DNA of 30,907 nucleotides from Escherichia coli (GTDB lineage Bacteria; Pseudomonadota; Gammaproteobacteria; Enterobacterales; Enterobacteriaceae): NCBI RefSeq assembly GCF_003334385.1, contig NZ_QOWN01000055.1; one strand, 5' to 3'. Shown piece by piece: positions 27,691 to 30,907 of this stretch (position 1 is its first letter; each line of letters starts with the position of its first letter). The notes under the pieces were generated by a model. It saw only the letters and a program-made list of their open reading frames with translations, ran no database searches and was not told where the DNA came from. The position numbers and the translations under genes were made by a program.

Positions 27691-29304
27691 TTATTTATTG
27701 GTGAGTACTACGTTCCATGGCAGGAGTTCGCCAACTCGGTTGGAAGGCCATTCCGGCAGTACGCTCAGAATATGGCGCAGATACGCTTCCGGATCGATAC
27801 CGTTCAGACGGCAGGTGCCGATCAGCCCGTACAGCAGTGCACCACGCTCGCCGCCGTGATCGCTACCGAAGAGCACGTAATTTTTCTTTCCGAGACAGAC
27901 TGCACGAAGCGCTCTTTCCGCTGTGTTATTGTCCGCCTCCGCCAGACCGTCATCACAGAAGTTGCACAACGCAATCCAGTGCTTCCTGATATACCGGAAC
28001 GCATCTCTCAGACGGCATTTTTTCGATAACGTGTGTTCTTTCTCCTGCATCAGCTTATACAGGGAAGTCAGTAGCGGTTTACTCTGCATTTGCCTGACCG
28101 CCAGGCGTTCAGACACCGGCAACCCGCGTATTTCGTGCTCAATGGCGTACAGTTCACCGATTAGTTTCAGTGCTTCTTCCGCCGTCGCGCTTTTGGTACT
28201 GATATATACATCGTGGATTTTGCGCCGTGCATGAGCCCAGCATCCTGCTTCCGTCAACGCGCCGCTTTCACGTTCGGCACTGAACAGCCGATCGTAACCT
28301 GCGAACGCATCTGCCTGCAGGATACCCCGGAAGGGACGAAGGTGTTGCTCCGGATGTTTACCCTGATGGTCCGGTGAGTAGGCGAACCAGACCGCCGGAG
28401 GTTCTGGCGAACCGGCATTTCGGTCATCCCGGACATACGTCCAGATATATCCTGTTTTCGCCTTCTTCCTGCCCGGTGCCAGTACTTTTACTGGTGTGTC
28501 ATCAGTGTGAACCTTGCGGGTGTTCATCACATAACTGTACAGGGCATCATTCAGCGGAGTCATTAACTGGCAGCACGCATCAACCCAGTTGGAGAGTAAG
28601 GCACGGCTCAGTTCGACACCCTGGCGGGCAAAGATTTCACTCTGACGATACAGTGGCAGATGTTCGCAGTATTTTCCCGTTAACACGCGGGCAAGTAACC
28701 CCGGGCCCGCGATACCACGCTCTATCGGACGGGATGGTGCCGGTGCTTCAACGATGCAGTCACATTTTGTACAGGCTTTTTTTACCCGTTCTGTGCGGAT
28801 CACTTTTAGGGCGCTGCTCACCAGTTCCAGTTGTTCTGCACTGACTTCCCCCAGATAATCCAGCTCACCGCCACACTCCGGGCAACAGCTTTCTTCAGGC
28901 TCCAGGCGGTTTATTTCGCGGGGCAGATGCTCCGGTAACGGACGACGATGGCGTGACTGTCGCAACTGGCGGGGAACCTGCGGGTCATCCTCTCGCCCAC
29001 TGTAACGATCGCTGTCCTGTTCGCGTTGCTTCAGCTGGGCCTCAGCCTGTTCAACTTCACGACGCAGTTTTTCAGAACGGGTACCGAACAGCATCCGGCG
29101 CAGTTTTTCTATCTGAGCCCGCAGATGTTCTATTTCCCGTTCATCTTCTTCGATCTTTTCTTCGGCACGTGTCAGTGCAGAGCGCAGGAAGGCTTCCGTC
29201 TCTTCAACCAGACTCAGTTGCTGGTCTTTCTGACGGAGGGCTTCAGCCTGCTCAGAGAGCAACCTTTCCAGCTCTGCGATGCGAATGAGGTATTTCTGAC
29301 TCAT
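27691..29304 (-). CDS. tnpC: IS66-family transposase TnpC (full length)
   Basis: 537 aa; Cys-rich CPECG...CTKCD motif; intact IS66 C-terminus. Confidence 0.92.
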   Translation of the reverse strand: MSQKYLIRIAELERLLSEQAEALRQKDQQLSLVEETEAFLRSALTRAEEKIEEDEREIEHLRAQIEKLRRMLFGTRSEKLRREVEQAEAQLKQREQDSDRYSGREDDPQVPRQLRQSRHRRPLPEHLPREINRLEPEESCCPECGGELDYLGEVSAEQLELVSSALKVIRTERVKKACTKCDCIVEAPAPSRPIERGIAGPGLLARVLTGKYCEHLPLYRQSEIFARQGVELSRALLSNWVDACCQLMTPLNDALYSYVMNTRKVHTDDTPVKVLAPGRKKAKTGYIWTYVRDDRNAGSPEPPAVWFAYSPDHQGKHPEQHLRPFRGILQADAFAGYDRLFSAERESGALTEAGCWAHARRKIHDVYISTKSATAEEALKLIGELYAIEHEIRGLPVSERLAVRQMQSKPLLTSLYKLMQEKEHTLSKKCRLRDAFRYIRKHWIALCNFCDDGLAEADNNTAERALRAVCLGKKNYVLFGSDHGGERGALLYGLIGTCRLNGIDPEAYLRHILSVLPEWPSNRVGELLPWNVVLTNK

Positions 29305-29334
29305 GACCGTTTTTATAATGCGGTCAGGAGTTTT

Positions 29335-29685
29335 TTACAACATTGTCAGTGAGTTAAGGCGGGATGTTTTTGGCTGACGCCAGTCCAGCTTATCGAGGAG
29401 CATTACCAGTTGCGAACGGGTAATGGATACCTTGCCGTCACGTACCGCAGGCCAGATAAACTGGCCTTCTTCCAGGCGTTTGGTGAACAGGCACAGACCA
29501 TCAGCATCAGCCCAAAGAATTTTAACGGTGTCACCCCGTCGGCCACGGAAGATAAACAGGTGGCCGGAGAAGGGATTATCATTCAGCACATGTTGTACCT
29601 GTTCTCCCAGTCCGTTGAAGGATTTACGCATATCGGTAACGCCGGCAACGAGCCAGATACGGGTACCTGATGGGAGTGAAATCAT
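29335..29685 (-). CDS. tnpB: IS66-family accessory protein TnpB (Orf2)
   Basis: 116 aa; paralogue of the ORF at 1748-2098. Confidence 0.92.
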   Translation of the reverse strand: MISLPSGTRIWLVAGVTDMRKSFNGLGEQVQHVLNDNPFSGHLFIFRGRRGDTVKILWADADGLCLFTKRLEEGQFIWPAVRDGKVSITRSQLVMLLDKLDWRQPKTSRLNSLTML

Positions 29686-30107
29686 CTTCCCCTCCCGCTC
29701 AGTTCGCGGATCAGCACCGTGAGCAGCTCTGGCGATGGATTTTCCAGCGTTATGTTACCGTGACGGAACTCCACCTTGCAGGAACTGGCACTGACTCTGG
29801 TCTGAGTGGAAGTGGATAAAGACGGCGCAATGGCCGCCACAGGTTTTTTCTGCTCATCCGGCGTTATTTCTACAGGTAATAATTCAACGCCAGTGTCAGA
29901 AGAGGTCGTTACCGGAAGACGCCGCGAAACACGCCCTTCGTTCTGCCAGAGCCTGAGCCATTTGAAAATAACATTATCATTGACGCCATTTTCACGTGCA
30001 ATCTGTGCAACACAAGCTCCAGGTTGTGATGCCAGTTCCACCATACGAAGTTTGAATTCATTCGAATAGTTTTTACGAGGTTCTTTTCGCCAGTCCTGTA
30101 ATTCCAT
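29682..30107 (-). CDS. tnpA: IS66-family accessory protein TnpA (Orf1)
   Basis: 141 aa; 4-nt overlap with tnpB; conserved FKWLRLWQNEGR block. Confidence 0.9.
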   Translation of the reverse strand: MELQDWRKEPRKNYSNEFKLRMVELASQPGACVAQIARENGVNDNVIFKWLRLWQNEGRVSRRLPVTTSSDTGVELLPVEITPDEQKKPVAAIAPSLSTSTQTRVSASSCKVEFRHGNITLENPSPELLTVLIRELSGRGR

Positions 30108-30304
30108 ACTTAGATGTCCGTCTATATCAGATGGGCGTCTAAGTTACCAATTTTCGTCTGATGGCTACATACGGCGGTCAGTTTACGCTTACCCATTTTG
30201 TCACAATTAAGTTTGATAAAGCAGGTCACCTCTGCACTGAATCTGCTCCAGTGCCTCATTGGTCTCCGTCCTCCCCTTTAAACTGCCGGATAAGACTGCT
30301 GCAC

Positions 30305-30742
30305 GTAAGCGGCTCGCCAGAACCGTATTGATATTTACTGAGAGGTCAGATCAACTTTCCAGGGCAACAGATCGCGTACCCGGTTTGCCGGCCAGTCCTG
30401 GAGATGCTCAATAACGTAACGCAGCCATTTTTCTGGCTCTACATTGTTCAGACGGCATGTGCCGATCAGCGAGTACAACACCACCGCATGTTCGCCACCG
30501 CTGTCGGAACCCGCGAAGAGCCAGTTTTTCCGGCCTACGGCCACTCCCCGTAAGGCATTTTCAGCGATGTTGTTGTCGATTTCCACCCAGCCATCGTTCG
30601 CATAGTACGTCAGTGCCGGCCACTGGTTAAGTGCGTACGCGAACGCCTTCGCCAACTCTGAGTGTCGCGACAGGGTCTTCATCTTTTCCGCAACCAGCTT
30701 TCCAGGGATTTCAACAGCGGTTTCGTTTTTCGCTGACACCAT
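30305..30742 (-). pseudogene. Third IS66-family element fragment: terminal repeat plus the last ~120 codons of a transposase
   Basis: IS66-like end GTAAGCGGCTCGCCAGAACCGTATTGA at 30305. ORF 30335-30742 (…GRKNWLFAGSDSGGEHAVVLYSLIGTCRLNNVEPEKWLRYVIEHLQDWPANRVRDLLPWKV) is homologous to the TnpC C-terminus; homology is lost upstream of ~30700. Confidence 0.75.
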
Positions 30743-30907
30743 GGAGGGAGTGGTTAAAAGAGCAACGAGAAAGTGGTAATTATAACGCCAGCCGGATATG
30801 GCGGGAAATGGTGGCCCGGGGATTTACAGGCAGTGAAACCATCGTCAGGGATGCGGTTGCCAAATGGCGTAAAGGCTGGAACCCACCGGTTACTACTGCC
30901 GTCAGAC
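30742..30907 (+). other. Partial ORF running off the window end, resembling the N-terminal region of an IS21-family IstA transposase
   Basis: Plus-frame translation ...EWLKEQRESGNYNASRIWREMVARGFTGSETIVRDAVAKWRK... resembles the IS21 IstA block (…RLAENVWNSEVIFAEIKAMGYTGGRSMLRYYIQPKRK). No in-frame ATG is seen and the 5' part appears missing. Recalled from memory only. Confidence 0.25.

Larger units (their letters stand above)
27661..30192 (-). mobile_element. IS66-family insertion sequence, copy 2, apparently intact (~2.5 kb)
   Basis: Left end GTAAGCGTCAACGGAGCACCGTATTGACGC at 27661; right end ...GGCTACATACGGCGGTCAGTTTACGCTTAC at 30163-30192. Complete tnpA-tnpB-tnpC. Confidence 0.85.

Overview
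Mosaic accessory region of an Escherichia/Shigella-type enterobacterial genome, resembling a pathogenicity island or virulence plasmid segment. All identifications are from reading the translations and motifs by eye and from remembered protein families; no database search was run. Left to right: (1) a 3'-truncated IS66-family element (tnpA-tnpB-tnpC, minus strand, ~287-2609); (2) a ~9 kb low-GC sialic-acid utilisation module, nanA-nanK-nanT-esterase-nanC-nanM-esterase on +, nanR on -, nanS on +, which lacks nanE and carries two extra alpha/beta-hydrolase esterases; (3) the aerobactin locus shiF / iucABCD-iutA with its Fur-box promoter; (4) a decayed AT-rich block with an IS3-like transposase remnant, a (TTTCGTAG)x9 tandem repeat and ORF fragments; (5) the TonB-dependent receptor/adhesin gene iha; (6) a cluster of IS66-family elements (one relic, one intact ~2.5 kb copy, one further fragment) ending in a partial IS21-like transposase start. 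No rRNA, tRNA or CRISPR array was seen. The most unusual content is the esterase-rich accessory nan module and the octanucleotide repeat.
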